A DNA stretch of 64,000 nucleotides from an uncultured Candidatus Entotheonella sp. (GCA_965215335.1 CBDCDA010000002.1:576001-640000), one strand, 5' to 3'. Shown: positions 20,183 to 30,828, counted from the first letter of the stretch. Numbers and translations are program-made. Notes: generated from the letters alone by a model not told the origin.

Positions 20183-21598
20183 TTAATGCTCATCTTCCGG
20201 GGCCCTGCTCCCCGCATCGCGTCGGGCCGCCATCGCCATCCCCGGCGCCCGCGGCAAACGCCCGCTCAGCAGGTGCTCCAGGTCGTTGCGGGCCAGCCAA
20301 TAATCCCGTATCGACTCGATGTAGGCCGCGGCACTTTGAATCTGCCGTTCCTGCGCGTGCAGGAGTTGAAAGATACCGAGTTGCATGGCGTTGTAGTGCA
20401 ACTGCGTCTCACGGAGGAGACGTTCGCGCAGCGGCAGCACGATATCGCGGTAATACAACACCCGCTGCCGCGCCGCCTGTACCCGGTCGCGCACCTGCCG
20501 GGCCGTGGCGCGAATCCGCACGGCCAGGGCGTAGTAATCATGCTGGCTGCGGCGCAGTTCAGCCCGCGCCCGGCCTACGCGCGCCCGACCCTGATCGAAG
20601 AGTGGCAGGACAAACTCGAGCGTCGGTCCGGCCGACCAGTCACCCTCTTCGCGCTCGCCGACACCACCCAGCTCAAGGTCCGACAGGAACGCCGTACTGC
20701 GTTGCAATCCCGTGGCCTCACCGGCGATCAGCACGCCCTGCCGAGCCCTGGCCAAGTCGAGACTGCGCTTCAGAGCGCGCGTTTCGAGGTGATTCAGAGA
20801 CAGCGCCGTTTCGGGCATGCCGGGAAGCCGCTGGCTGACTTTCCAGATCACTGATTCCCCCCACAGGCCCATGGCGTCGTTCAGCCGTTCGCGGCTGTCG
20901 CGGACAGCCATCTCGGTAGCGGCAAGCGCCAACTTGGCGTCTTCGAGCAGGGCGCGTTCCCGCATCAAATCGAGGTCGTTGACGTTGCCGGCGGCATGCA
21001 GGCGCTGTGCCGTATCCCATCTGACGGTGAGGCCTTGCACGATCGTAGCTTGCAGTTCCCGCACTTGCTCGTTGGTCTGGTGGCGATAAAACATGGCGCG
21101 CACCGTGGCGACGAAATCCAGCACCTCTCCGGTGACGCGCAGCTTGGCATCCTCGAACCGAGCCGCGGCAACGCGTCGGCGCAGCGGGATCATGAACACC
21201 TTGAGAAAATCCAGGGCAACGCCAAACTCTAACGCCGCGGCGCCGCCGACCGGAAACCGTGCGCCCGCTTCAAACAGCGGGTTCCTCAGCAGACCGGCCT
21301 GCACCAGGTCGGCCTGCGCGACTCCTAAATCGGCGTACAGCGCCTGCAGGGAACGGTTGTTGAGAAGCGCGATCCGTACCGCGCTGTCGGCGGTCAACGC
21401 CTGCTCCAGAAGGCCACGAAGCGCTTGCGCCGCCTGGGCATCGACCGTCGTGCCGAGGTTCCACTCGATCCGCTGACCGGCACGCCCCTGAACCTCCTCC
21501 CTGACTTCCGAAAACCCGGCGCGCGGGTCAAACGCGGCGCAGCCCCCGAGCACAACCAGAAGCAGCAACCCGCAAGCCAGTCTTCCCGATTCTGTCAC
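20183..21598 (-). CDS. TolC/CusC-like outer membrane efflux lipoprotein
   Basis: Lipobox LGGC; ALLNN..LQA, LPLFDQGRA, OEP-like helical repeats; copper-cluster context. Confidence 0.88.
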   Translation of the reverse strand: MTESGRLACGLLLLVVLGGCAAFDPRAGFSEVREEVQGRAGQRIEWNLGTTVDAQAAQALRGLLEQALTADSAVRIALLNNRSLQALYADLGVAQADLVQAGLLRNPLFEAGARFPVGGAAALEFGVALDFLKVFMIPLRRRVAAARFEDAKLRVTGEVLDFVATVRAMFYRHQTNEQVRELQATIVQGLTVRWDTAQRLHAAGNVNDLDLMRERALLEDAKLALAATEMAVRDSRERLNDAMGLWGESVIWKVSQRLPGMPETALSLNHLETRALKRSLDLARARQGVLIAGEATGLQRSTAFLSDLELGGVGEREEGDWSAGPTLEFVLPLFDQGRARVGRARAELRRSQHDYYALAVRIRATARQVRDRVQAARQRVLYYRDIVLPLRERLLRETQLHYNAMQLGIFQLLHAQERQIQSAAAYIESIRDYWLARNDLEHLLSGRLPRAPGMAMAARRDAGSRAPEDEH

Positions 21599-22074
21599 GG
21601 CGCTGTGACCCTTTCGATGGCGATAATCGCGTCTGTCGCCGTGTCAATGGTGAATCGTACCGAATCGCCGGATCGGACGTGATCGAGCAGCGATGGCGAG
21701 TAAACCCGAAACCCCATCGTCATGGCGTTCATGAACCCTTCAATTTCCTCGTGATCGATGACGATCTGCTGCGTGTCAGGCACCAGCGCCACCACGATTC
21801 CCTCGCCGACGACGGTCCGCTGCTCCTCCAGGGGCGCGGCAGCGTGCTCCATGGCATGGGTGCTTTCTGTGCCCATAGACAGGTCATCGCGGGATGGTTC
21901 ATCAGCACGGGCCGTCAGCGTCGGAGACAGCGGCCGGGATGGAGCGGCCGCGGCCTGTGGGTGAGCGGGGTGATCGGTGCTTGCCGGCGGCATGCTATAG
22001 ACGGTGCATCCGCTGAGCAGTGCCAAGGTGGTCAGGGCTGCGAAGACGCGCGTTCCGCGCCGGTTGCTACTCAT
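21595..22074 (-). CDS. CusF-like copper-binding lipoprotein
   Basis: Lipobox LSGC; DHEEIEGFM.AMTMGF CusF motif. Confidence 0.85.
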   Translation of the reverse strand: MSSNRRGTRVFAALTTLALLSGCTVYSMPPASTDHPAHPQAAAAPSRPLSPTLTARADEPSRDDLSMGTESTHAMEHAAAPLEEQRTVVGEGIVVALVPDTQQIVIDHEEIEGFMNAMTMGFRVYSPSLLDHVRSGDSVRFTIDTATDAIIAIERVTAP

Positions 22075-22783
22075 GAGTCAACTCCTCGATCATGATGATG
22101 GCCTGTTGCTGCGTGTCGATGGTGAATCGCACCCTATCGCCGGGCTTGACGTGATGCAACAGCGACGGCGGCTCGACCTTGTACCCCATCGTCATGGCTT
22201 CCATGAAGCCTTCGATCTTCTCGTGCTCCACGACGATCTGCTGCCGGTCCGGCAGCAGGGTGACCACGCTGCCCTTGCCCACCACCCTCCGGGACATCGC
22301 GGCCATTTTGAATCCCCCGTGAAACGCCGCGCACACATAGGCCAGGACGTCCCAGATCTGATTCTCGCTGAGCAGCGTCTTGAATGCCGGCATGGCCGAC
22401 TTTGCCGATTTGAAGGGCTCTACCGTGCCGCCCTCGCTGACGCGCCAGTACAGATAAGCGTCGCCGTCGCCGGGCCGTGAGTGAAAGTGGTGGGCGAGGT
22501 CGGCGGGTGGGTGCGACAAGGTCTTGGCAAAGGCGGTCACGCCGCGGCCGTCGGCACCGTGGCACACGGTGCAGTGGGTGTCGTACAGCGGCTTGCCGCG
22601 CGTGATGGCGCCGTCGTCGCCCCAGCGGTGGCTGATCTTGTCGGCGTACGTCACGGGTGGGACGTGCCACCGCTTGTGCTTGTGCGTACCGTGATGGTCG
22701 TGCGCCTCTGTTGCCCACAGGGTTCCCGCCGCGACGGCGGACAGCAGGACGGCGAGGCTCAAACCGACAATTGCTCGCTGCAT
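22067..22783 (-). CDS. c-type cytochrome fused to a CusF-like copper-binding domain
   Basis: Signal peptide, His-rich segment, CTVCH heme motif, C-terminal EHEKIEGFMEAMTMGY. Confidence 0.85.
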   Translation of the reverse strand: MQRAIVGLSLAVLLSAVAAGTLWATEAHDHHGTHKHKRWHVPPVTYADKISHRWGDDGAITRGKPLYDTHCTVCHGADGRGVTAFAKTLSHPPADLAHHFHSRPGDGDAYLYWRVSEGGTVEPFKSAKSAMPAFKTLLSENQIWDVLAYVCAAFHGGFKMAAMSRRVVGKGSVVTLLPDRQQIVVEHEKIEGFMEAMTMGYKVEPPSLLHHVKPGDRVRFTIDTQQQAIIMIEELTHE

Positions 22784-22834
22784 GGAGCACTCCTTTTTTT
22801 CTTGCAATGAAGACCACGAAGACCGCCGAGGCAG

Positions 22835-23950
22835 TTACGCCTCCGAACCGGCGGCGATGCAGGCTTGCAGGCGCGGCAGCACCGTCTGTCTCACCCGCAC
22901 GCATTCCTCGACGTGCGGAAAGCCGGACAGGATGAATTCGTCAACGCCGAGTTTCCAGTATTGATGGAGTTCCCGGGCCACCTGCCGCGGCGTGCCGACG
23001 ATGGCCGTACCGCAGTTAACGCGCACGGTAGCCAGGCCATTCCACAGATGCCTTCCGAGCCGATGGCGGTTCGCATCCGCACCGGGCGCTGATGACTGCC
23101 TGCCAACCGCCACCGCCTGCCGCTGCCGCAGCACCTCGGGGTCGGCATCGGAAATCAGGCGATGCGCCGCGTCCCACGCTTCGTCGGCGTCGTCGCGCAC
23201 AATCAGGTGGGTGCGCAGGCCGAACGCCGGCACGCGACCGCACGCCTCGCCGGCCACCCGCACCCGCGCGATGCGGGCTGCGACCTGCTCCAGCGGCTCG
23301 ATCCACAGCAGGTACACGTCAGCCTCGCGCGCCGCCAGCGCCTCGGCGCGCGGCGACGCTCCACCCTGGTAAAAACGCGGCGTTCCGAACGGCGCCGGCA
23401 CGCAGCGGGCACCGCGCAGCGTCAGGTGACGACCAGCAAAATCCGTCACCTCCCCCGTCCACAGCGCCCGGCAGGCGCGCATCAGTTCCTCGGCCTGCTC
23501 ATAGCGCCCGGCGTGGTCGCTGTCCACCCCGAGGCGCTCGAAATCGTGCCGGATGCCGCCGGGCACGATATTGATGTCCACCCGCCCGCAGCTGATCTGA
23601 TCCAGCGTCGCCACCATCCTGGCCAGCAACCCGGCGGCGATGAAGCCGGGGCGCACGGCGATCAGAAAGCGGATGCGTGGCGTCAGCGCCGCCAACGCCG
23701 TCGCCGTGGTCCACGTTTCCATCAGCGGCGCGCCCTCGTCGAACAAGCCGTTGACGAATCGCGTCGGAATCAGCAGCCCGTGAAAGTCCTGCTCCTCCGC
23801 CGCCCGCACCACCCGCGCCAGATAGTCGAAATCCGGCGGCTGCTCGGCCCGCGCCGTGCCGAGCCGGGCGCCGTCGCCGTCGATGGGAATGAACCAGTGG
23901 AACAGCGGTTCGGGACGCGTCGCCATCATGCCCGTGTATCTCCTCTTCAT
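22835..23950 (-). CDS. LLM-class flavin-dependent monooxygenase (SsuD-like)
   Basis: WFIPIDGDG, FLIAVRPG, TLDQIS.GR..INIV, AIVGTP..VA, FILSGFPH.EE. Confidence 0.88.
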   Translation of the reverse strand: MKRRYTGMMATRPEPLFHWFIPIDGDGARLGTARAEQPPDFDYLARVVRAAEEQDFHGLLIPTRFVNGLFDEGAPLMETWTTATALAALTPRIRFLIAVRPGFIAAGLLARMVATLDQISCGRVDINIVPGGIRHDFERLGVDSDHAGRYEQAEELMRACRALWTGEVTDFAGRHLTLRGARCVPAPFGTPRFYQGGASPRAEALAAREADVYLLWIEPLEQVAARIARVRVAGEACGRVPAFGLRTHLIVRDDADEAWDAAHRLISDADPEVLRQRQAVAVGRQSSAPGADANRHRLGRHLWNGLATVRVNCGTAIVGTPRQVARELHQYWKLGVDEFILSGFPHVEECVRVRQTVLPRLQACIAAGSEA

Positions 23951-23976
23951 GCACCCCGCTGCCGCACGGCAGCGTT

Positions 23977-24005
23977 TTGACTTGACCCGGGAATTTCATT
24001 ATAGT
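23977..24005 (+). promoter_or_regulatory. sigma70-like promoter for the DUF362 operon
   Basis: TTGACT-17 bp-TATAGT. Confidence 0.6.
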
Positions 24006-24142
24006 GCAACGCCTTGTGAGTCCTGTGTCAAGACCATGGCAGGGGCATGCGGTGCTCCGGTTTCCCTCGCCCCTTGCAAGCGGGTCGGCGCGATGACGAG
24101 CCTGGCCCCTGAAAAGCGGCAAACGCATGAGGAGAGGCACTG

Positions 24143-25558
24143 ATGACGGCTTCTGACGTTTATTACATGGACGCGCGCAGCGAGTCGCCCCAGACCGGTC
24201 TGGTGGCCAAGATGCTGACCGTTTTCGAGGAGGCCGGACTTGACGCGATGATCAAGCCGGGCGACCTCGTGGCCATCAAACTTCACTGCGGCGAGTGGAA
24301 CAACACCGCCTACCTGCGGCCCGTCTACCCGCGCGCCCTGGCCGACCGCATCAAGGAACTCGGCGGTCGCCCCTTCGTGTGCGACACCACCACGCTCACA
24401 TACTCCCCCTACGCCTCGCGGGCGACCGAGCTCGACCTCATGATGACCGCCGAGCGCAACGGCTTCAGCTCGGCGGTGCTGGGCTGCCCGTTCATATGCG
24501 CCGACGGCTTCATCGGCACCGGCGATTACCGCGTCGACGTGCCCACCGGCTATCTGTTGAAAGAAGCCTACATCGCCCAGGCGGTTGCCGCTGCCGACGT
24601 GCTGATCTGCCTCACGCACTTCAAGGGCCACCCCATGGGCGTCATCGGCGGCGCCATCAAGAACCTCGGCATCGGCTGCCAATCCAAGCGCGGCAAGCAC
24701 AACGTGCACCTCGGTGGCCACCCCAGGTACAGTGTCGCCAACTCCGCCATCTGGCACCCGGAAAACTTCAGGGGCAAGGCCAATACGCCGGACTGGAACA
24801 TCCTCGAAGAGTGTTGCCCCTACCACCTGTTCAAGGTCGAAGAGGACACGATCCACTGGGACCGCGCCGCCTGCACCAGCTGCCTGGGCTGCCTCGGCAT
24901 CATGGCGCCGCGCGGCCTGTTCGAGTTCCCGGAAGAGACGTTCGCCGCCACCGACGCCTCCATCGCCGATGGCGCCCTTGGCGCCGTGCTGGCGGTGGGC
25001 CGCGAGAAGTGCGGCTTCATCAACTTGGCCATCGACATCTCGCCGCGCTGCGACTGCGTCAACTTCGCCGACATGCCGGTGGTGCCGAACCTCGGCGTGT
25101 TTGCCAGCACGGACCCGGTGGCTATCGACATGGCCTGCCTGGACAAGGTGCGCGAGTCGCACGGCATGCCGGGATCGATTGCGGAGGATTTCGATTTGCT
25201 GGAAGCCGGTGAGAGGAAATTCGAGACGGTGTCGGCCACGGTCCACGGCCTCAGCGAGGAAGCCCAGATCAACACGGGCACGCTGAACGGCCTCGGCAGC
25301 CGCGATTACAACCTCATCGAGGCGGAACCGCAGCCGGCCAGCCGCCACCTGTTCGCGCTGGATACACGCCCGAGCGGCGTACGCTTCGGCGCCAAGTTCA
25401 TGAAGTTCTCGCCCTTCCCGTACGATCGTCACGACGGCCAGGGCTTCCTGCGCGAGCAGGAAGTGGACACGGAGTTCGTCAAGACCTGGCATGGCAACGG
25501 CAACGGCGGCGTGCCGGGCGTCTCGGGTGCAGTCGAAGAGGCGGCAGCGGGCGATTAA
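24143..25558 (+). CDS. DUF362 family Fe-S protein
   Basis: VAIKLH.GE, THFKGH, GGAIKNLG.GC, ferredoxin-like Cys, CDC, ASTDPVAID.AC. Confidence 0.88.
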   Translation: MTASDVYYMDARSESPQTGLVAKMLTVFEEAGLDAMIKPGDLVAIKLHCGEWNNTAYLRPVYPRALADRIKELGGRPFVCDTTTLTYSPYASRATELDLMMTAERNGFSSAVLGCPFICADGFIGTGDYRVDVPTGYLLKEAYIAQAVAAADVLICLTHFKGHPMGVIGGAIKNLGIGCQSKRGKHNVHLGGHPRYSVANSAIWHPENFRGKANTPDWNILEECCPYHLFKVEEDTIHWDRAACTSCLGCLGIMAPRGLFEFPEETFAATDASIADGALGAVLAVGREKCGFINLAIDISPRCDCVNFADMPVVPNLGVFASTDPVAIDMACLDKVRESHGMPGSIAEDFDLLEAGERKFETVSATVHGLSEEAQINTGTLNGLGSRDYNLIEAEPQPASRHLFALDTRPSGVRFGAKFMKFSPFPYDRHDGQGFLREQEVDTEFVKTWHGNGNGGVPGVSGAVEEAAAGD

Positions 25559-25640
25559 CCGTTTTGCGGGCGGTGACGTGCGAGTTCTGATGCGGGGTCG
25601 CGCGCCGCTCTCCGTTTTGGCAGTTCACACTTCAAATGTT

Positions 25641-25697
25641 CCCCCTCACCTCAATCCTCTCCCTCCCCCCTGAGGGGGGCGGATCACGGTGAGGGAG
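25641..25697. repeat. Intergenic palindromic (REP-like) element
   Basis: Outer stem CCCTCACC/GGTGAGGG and inner CCCCCC-TGA-GGGGGG. Confidence 0.65.
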
Positions 25698-25727
25698 AAC
25701 ATGAGCCGGTTATCTCAGGAGGTTGAC

Positions 25728-26069
25728 ATGGCAGCGGTGACGAAGGGGTTGGAAAACCTGCAAGAAGCCATCAGCACGTGCGAGCAGATGGACGCCAGCC
25801 TGGCCGACGCGACGGACGCCGAAGCGGTGAAGGCGAAGACCGTGGTGCAGGAAACGTTGACGGCATTTCACGATGTCAGCGACAAGTTTTTCCTCAAGAC
25901 CATGATGAGCGTGCCGCCCACCAAGGCTTGCCGGGTCGAGGCCGCGGCGGTGGCATCTGTGGTTTCCGGGCAGGAGTGGGACAGCCTGCCGGGCGCCCTG
26001 GAGAAGTTGCAAAAGGCGACGAAAACGCTGGTAACCAAGGCCAGGATGGACGGGACGACGATTACATGA
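25728..26069 (+). CDS. Hypothetical helical protein
   Basis: AGGAGG RBS; ATGA overlap with next gene. Confidence 0.7.
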   Translation: MAAVTKGLENLQEAISTCEQMDASLADATDAEAVKAKTVVQETLTAFHDVSDKFFLKTMMSVPPTKACRVEAAAVASVVSGQEWDSLPGALEKLQKATKTLVTKARMDGTTIT

Positions 26070-26953
26070 GCGGTCCGCTCCTGATCACCGGCGGCGCCGG
26101 CAGCGTCGGCCGCAGCCTGGTTGCCTGCTGCCGCACCGATGGCTATGCAGTGCGCGTCTTCGACCTGCCGGTGTGCGACTTTACGGGACTGGAAGGCGAG
26201 ACGGGCATCGAGGTCGTCAAGGGCGACATCACGCAGCCGGAGCACGTTGAAGCCGCCGTACAGGGCGTCCGTGGCGTCCTGCACCTGGCGGCACTGCTGC
26301 CGCCGGCGAGCGAGGCCGACCGATCGCGGACCTTTGCCGTCAACGTCGCCGGCACCGCCACCATCATCAACGCCATGCAGGCCGCCACCAGCGACGCCGT
26401 GCTGGTGTTCAGCTCGTCGGTCAGCACCTATGGGGATACCACCACCGGAACCCCGCCGCTCGGGGTTGAGCATCCCCAAACGGCCCTCGACCTGTACGCC
26501 GAAAGCAAGATCGCCAGCGAGCGGCTGGTGCGGGAATCTTCCTTGCCCACGGTGGTGCTGCGCATCGCCGGCATCGCCGTGCCGGTGCTGCAGGAACCCC
26601 CCGAGGTGTGGCCGTTCACCGCCGGGCAGCGCCTGGAAATGGTGCAGCGTGACGACGTGGTGACGGCGCTGTACAAGGCCCTGACCACCCCGGCGGCGCG
26701 CGGCAAGACCCTGAACATCGCCGGCGGACCGACCTGGCAGACGACCGGGCGCCAGTACGTCGCCGATCTGTACGGCATCATCGGCGTACCGCTCGACCTG
26801 GCGGTGTTTCGGGGCCAGGACGAGCCCGGCTGGGTCGACTGGTACGACACCGGGTTGTCGCAGCAACTGCTCGGCTATCAGGACCATTCGTACTCGGCCT
26901 ACCTCGATACCCTGCGTTTGGAAGTCGCCCGCCTGTTGGAAGACGACTGCTGA
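26066..26953 (+). CDS. NAD-dependent epimerase/dehydratase (extended SDR)
   Basis: ITGGAGSVG, HLAA, FSSS, YAESK. Confidence 0.9.
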   Translation: MSGPLLITGGAGSVGRSLVACCRTDGYAVRVFDLPVCDFTGLEGETGIEVVKGDITQPEHVEAAVQGVRGVLHLAALLPPASEADRSRTFAVNVAGTATIINAMQAATSDAVLVFSSSVSTYGDTTTGTPPLGVEHPQTALDLYAESKIASERLVRESSLPTVVLRIAGIAVPVLQEPPEVWPFTAGQRLEMVQRDDVVTALYKALTTPAARGKTLNIAGGPTWQTTGRQYVADLYGIIGVPLDLAVFRGQDEPGWVDWYDTGLSQQLLGYQDHSYSAYLDTLRLEVARLLEDDC

Positions 26954-26975
26954 GCATTCGAGAAGAGGCCCATTG

Positions 26976-29345
26976 ATGGCGATTCTGTCATCCCCCTCCA
27001 CCCCGCCCGCTGCGCCGGACACCGCAATCCTCACCACCCTGGAAACCATCTCGCAGCGCGTCCTGTGGCTGGCGACGTACATGATCCACTACGCCAACAG
27101 GATTCGCCCGAACCCGGACGGTCTCAAGGTCGGCGGTCACCAGGCAAGCTGCGCCTCGGCGGTGAGTCTGATGACGGCGCTGTATTTCGCCGTCCTGCGC
27201 CCCGAGGACCACGTGGCGGTGAAGCCGCACGCCGCGCCGGTGCTGCACGCCATCCAGTATCTGCTCGGCAACCTGCCGCGCCGCATGCTGACCACCCTGC
27301 GCGATTTTGGTGGCCTGCAAGCCTACCCCAGCCGCACCAAGGACCCGGCCGGCGTGACCATTTCAACCGGCTCGGTCGGCCTGGGCGCCGCGGCGACGAT
27401 CTTTGGCGCCCTGACGCAGCGTTACGTGCGCGATCATTTCGGCAAAGTCGGTGGCCAGGGGCGCTACATCGCCCTGGTCGGCGACGCCGAGATCGACGAG
27501 GGCAACATCCCGGAGGCCCTCGGCGAGGCCAGTGCCTACGGGCTGAACGACCTGTGGTGGATCATCGACATCAACCGACAGAGCCTCGACCATATCGCCC
27601 CGGAGGGCCAGGTGACGCAGATCGCGCGGCTGTTCGAGGCCAAGGGCTGGGAAGTACTGTGGCTCAAGTACGGCAGCCAGCAGCAGGCTTTTTTCGAGCG
27701 GCCGGGCGGCGACGGGTTGCGGCGGTGGATCGACTCGTGCAGCAACGCCGAATACCAGACGCTGCTGAACGCCGACGGCTCGGAAATTCGCCGCGCCGTG
27801 GTCGAGTGGGGCCAGTTGGTCGGCGCCGACATGCACAGCGTTCTCGCCGACGTGCCCGATGCCACCCTCAAGGACCTGCTGATGAACCTCGGCGGGCACG
27901 ACATCCCGCAGATTCTCGGGACGTTCGCCACGGCCGAGGCCGTACCCGACCGCCCGGTCGTCATCATGGCTTACACCATCAAGGGCTGGGGGCTGCCGAT
28001 CGCCGGGCATATCGACAACCACGCCGCCCAGCTGACGTCGGCACACATCGCCGCCCTGCAGGAACAGCACGGCATCGCCGTGGGGCAGGAGTGGGACGGC
28101 TACGAAGAGCCGGACCCGATTGCCGGGTGGATCAAGGAGCGGCGGATTTTCGGACGGCATGGCTGCGAGCATGCTCCGCCACCCCCGAGCCCGCCGCCGA
28201 TTCCCGACACCCTGGACATCGCCTTTCCCGAACGCGCCGCCACGCAGGGAGCGTTCGGCCATGTCCTGGTGGCGCTGAGTGAACACGAGGACGTGGCGGC
28301 GCGGCTCGTCACCACCTCGCCCGACGTGGCGGTATCCACGAACCTGGCCAACTGGATCAACAAGCGCGGTATCTACGCGCCCGCCGAGAAGCCCGACTAC
28401 TGGGCCAAATACGACGTCACCAGCCTGCTGCGCTGGCAAGAAACCGCCTCGGGGCAGCACATCGAACTCGGCATCGCCGAGAATAATCTGTACTTGGCCC
28501 TGGCCATGCTGGGCCTGTCCTATGAATTCAACGGCGAGCTGTTGCTGCCCGTCGGCACCGTGTATGACCCCTTTGTGGCGCGCGGCCTGGACGCTCTGAC
28601 CTACGCGACCTACGTGGGCGCGAAGTTTCTCTTTGCCGGCACCCCGTCGGGGCTGAGCCTGAATCGCGAAGGCGGCGCGCACCAGTCGATCTACACGCCG
28701 CTGGTGGGCATGGGCATGCCGGGTCTCATCTACTACGAACCGGCCTACGCCGCCGAGCTGGAGTGCATGATGTGCTGGGGGCTGCGGCAACTGGCGGACC
28801 GCGACAACGGCCAGAGCCTGTATCTGCGGCTGTCGACCCGGCCGATTGCACAGGCGGTGCGCCGCTCGACGCCGGAATGGCGACGGCAGGTACTGGCCGG
28901 CGGCTACTGGCTGCGCGATTACCGCCAGGAACGCGACTACGCACAGCGTCCGCGCCTGCACCTGTTCGCGTCCGGCGTCATGTTGGAGGAGGCGTTGCAG
29001 GCCAGCGATCTGGCCTGCGAGGACGGCATTTACGTCAACGTCGTCAACGTCACCAGCGCCGACCGCCTGTTCCGCGACCACTTCGAGGCCGCCAGTTCCG
29101 GGGCCGGGTCTTCCTACCTCGACGAGTTGCTTCCTGCCGCTGATCGCCAAACCCCGGCGATCACCCTGCTCGACGGACATCCCCTGACGCTCGCCTGGCT
29201 CGGCACCGTCTTCAACGCCCCGCTCAAGCCTCTGGGCGTGGTGCAATTCGGCCAGACCGGCTCGGTGCAGGAGTTGTATCACCAGCACCGCATCGACACG
29301 GACGCCATCCTCACGGCGATTGTCCAGGTCTTATTCGGTCAGTAA
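26976..29345 (+). CDS. TPP-dependent pyruvate dehydrogenase E1 (AceE)/transketolase-like protein
   Basis: KVGGHQAS, GLQAYPSR, STGSVGLG, GDAEIDEG, NRQSLD, EGGAHQS. Confidence 0.85.
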   Translation: MAILSSPSTPPAAPDTAILTTLETISQRVLWLATYMIHYANRIRPNPDGLKVGGHQASCASAVSLMTALYFAVLRPEDHVAVKPHAAPVLHAIQYLLGNLPRRMLTTLRDFGGLQAYPSRTKDPAGVTISTGSVGLGAAATIFGALTQRYVRDHFGKVGGQGRYIALVGDAEIDEGNIPEALGEASAYGLNDLWWIIDINRQSLDHIAPEGQVTQIARLFEAKGWEVLWLKYGSQQQAFFERPGGDGLRRWIDSCSNAEYQTLLNADGSEIRRAVVEWGQLVGADMHSVLADVPDATLKDLLMNLGGHDIPQILGTFATAEAVPDRPVVIMAYTIKGWGLPIAGHIDNHAAQLTSAHIAALQEQHGIAVGQEWDGYEEPDPIAGWIKERRIFGRHGCEHAPPPPSPPPIPDTLDIAFPERAATQGAFGHVLVALSEHEDVAARLVTTSPDVAVSTNLANWINKRGIYAPAEKPDYWAKYDVTSLLRWQETASGQHIELGIAENNLYLALAMLGLSYEFNGELLLPVGTVYDPFVARGLDALTYATYVGAKFLFAGTPSGLSLNREGGAHQSIYTPLVGMGMPGLIYYEPAYAAELECMMCWGLRQLADRDNGQSLYLRLSTRPIAQAVRRSTPEWRRQVLAGGYWLRDYRQERDYAQRPRLHLFASGVMLEEALQASDLACEDGIYVNVVNVTSADRLFRDHFEAASSGAGSSYLDELLPAADRQTPAITLLDGHPLTLAWLGTVFNAPLKPLGVVQFGQTGSVQELYHQHRIDTDAILTAIVQVLFGQ

Positions 29346-30047
29346 CCGGCACAACTGTCGGGTCGCCGCGCCCGGGTCGGGCGCGGCCAGGACGGCGCGG
29401 ATCATGGCGACGCCGTGCGCCCCGGTCTGCCGCACCTGCGGCAGGTTGGCGGGCGTGATGCCGCCGATGCCCAGCACCGGGATGGACACGTCGCGCACCA
29501 CTGCGGCCAGTTGGGGCAGGCCCTGCGGCGGGCCGTAGGCGAGTTTGGAAGGGGTTGCGAAAACGGGGCCGAACACCACGAAGTCGGCGCCTTCTGCCGC
29601 GGCCTGACGCGCCGCGTCGAGGCTGTGGGTGGAAACGCCAAGGAGCTTGTCGGGGCCCAGGACACGGCGGGCGGAGCGGACAGGCAGGGAATGGCCGGCG
29701 AGATGGACGCCGGCGGCGTCCAGGGCCAGGGCGACGTCGAGCCGGTCGTTGATCAGCAGCGGCACCCGGTGGGGACTCAGCACCTCTTGCAGGCGGGCGC
29801 CCAGGTCGTAAAGCTCGCGGGCGCTGAGGTCCTTCTCCCGCAATTGCACGGCCAGGCTCACTGCGCTCGCGAGCGCTCGCTCCATTCGCCGTGGCGCGCC
29901 ACGCGCCACGGCGGCGATCACCTCCGCCAAGGATCGCCCGGCGGTTTGTTGCCGGTCGGTCACCACGTAGAGACGAAAGCCGGGACTACCATGCCCCCTC
30001 CCTCCGGGAGGGGTCGGGGGAGGGTCCGGCAGTGTTTCAGGTGCCAA
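29331..30047 (-). CDS. thiE: Thiamine phosphate synthase
   Basis: [36 protein letters not shown] start after GGAGG overlapping the thiG stop. Confidence 0.92.
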   Translation of the reverse strand: MAPETLPDPPPTPPGGRGHGSPGFRLYVVTDRQQTAGRSLAEVIAAVARGAPRRMERALASAVSLAVQLREKDLSARELYDLGARLQEVLSPHRVPLLINDRLDVALALDAAGVHLAGHSLPVRSARRVLGPDKLLGVSTHSLDAARQAAAEGADFVVFGPVFATPSKLAYGPPQGLPQLAAVVRDVSIPVLGIGGITPANLPQVRQTGAHGVAMIRAVLAAPDPGAATRQLCRLLTE

Positions 30048-30816
30048 TGATGCCCTCCAGAGGACTGCTGGCGGTGGCGTAGAGCTTGCGCTCGATGCGC
30101 CCGGCCTTGCAAGCCAGGCGGCCGGCATCCACGGCCATGCGCATGGCGTTGGCCATGGCCAGGGGGTCCTTGGCGCCGGCAATGCCGGTATTCATCAGCA
30201 CGCCGTCCACGCCGAGTTCCATGGCCACCGCGGCGTCGGAGGCCGTGCCGACGCCCGCGTCGACGATCACCGGCACCTGCACCGCCTCCATGATCAGCCG
30301 GATCGTGTAGGGGTTGCAGATGCCCAGGCCGGAGCCGATCGGCGCGCCGAGCGGCATGACGACCGCGGCGCCGGCGTCTTCCAGCTTCTTGGCCATCACC
30401 GGGTCATCGTTGGTGTACGGCATGACGATGAAGCCCTCCTTGGCCAGCACGCGGGTCGCTTCCAGCAAATCCACCACGTCCGGGAACAGGGTCTTCTGGT
30501 CGCCGATCACTTCGAGCTTGACGAAGTCCGACAGCCCCGCCTCACGTGCCAGCCGGGCGGTCAGAATGGCGGCCTCGGCGTCGTGGCACCCGGCGGTGTT
30601 GGGCAGAATGGTGAAGCGGTCGCGGTCGATGTAATCCAGCAGCGTTTCCTCGCTGTCCGGCAGTTCCATGCGCCGCAGCGCTACGGTCACCATGTCCGCC
30701 CCGGAGGCTTCATGGCACTGCTGCATCAGTTCCATGGTGGGATATTTGCCGGTGCCGACGATGAGCCGTGAACCGAACGTTTTGCCCCCGATCTCCAGTA
30801 AATCGTCCTGTTGCAT
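30037..30816 (-). CDS. thiG: Thiazole synthase
   Basis: [36 protein letters not shown]. Confidence 0.97.
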   Translation of the reverse strand: MQQDDLLEIGGKTFGSRLIVGTGKYPTMELMQQCHEASGADMVTVALRRMELPDSEETLLDYIDRDRFTILPNTAGCHDAEAAILTARLAREAGLSDFVKLEVIGDQKTLFPDVVDLLEATRVLAKEGFIVMPYTNDDPVMAKKLEDAGAAVVMPLGAPIGSGLGICNPYTIRLIMEAVQVPVIVDAGVGTASDAAVAMELGVDGVLMNTGIAGAKDPLAMANAMRMAVDAGRLACKAGRIERKLYATASSPLEGIIGT

Positions 30817-30828
30817 CTGACATCCCTC

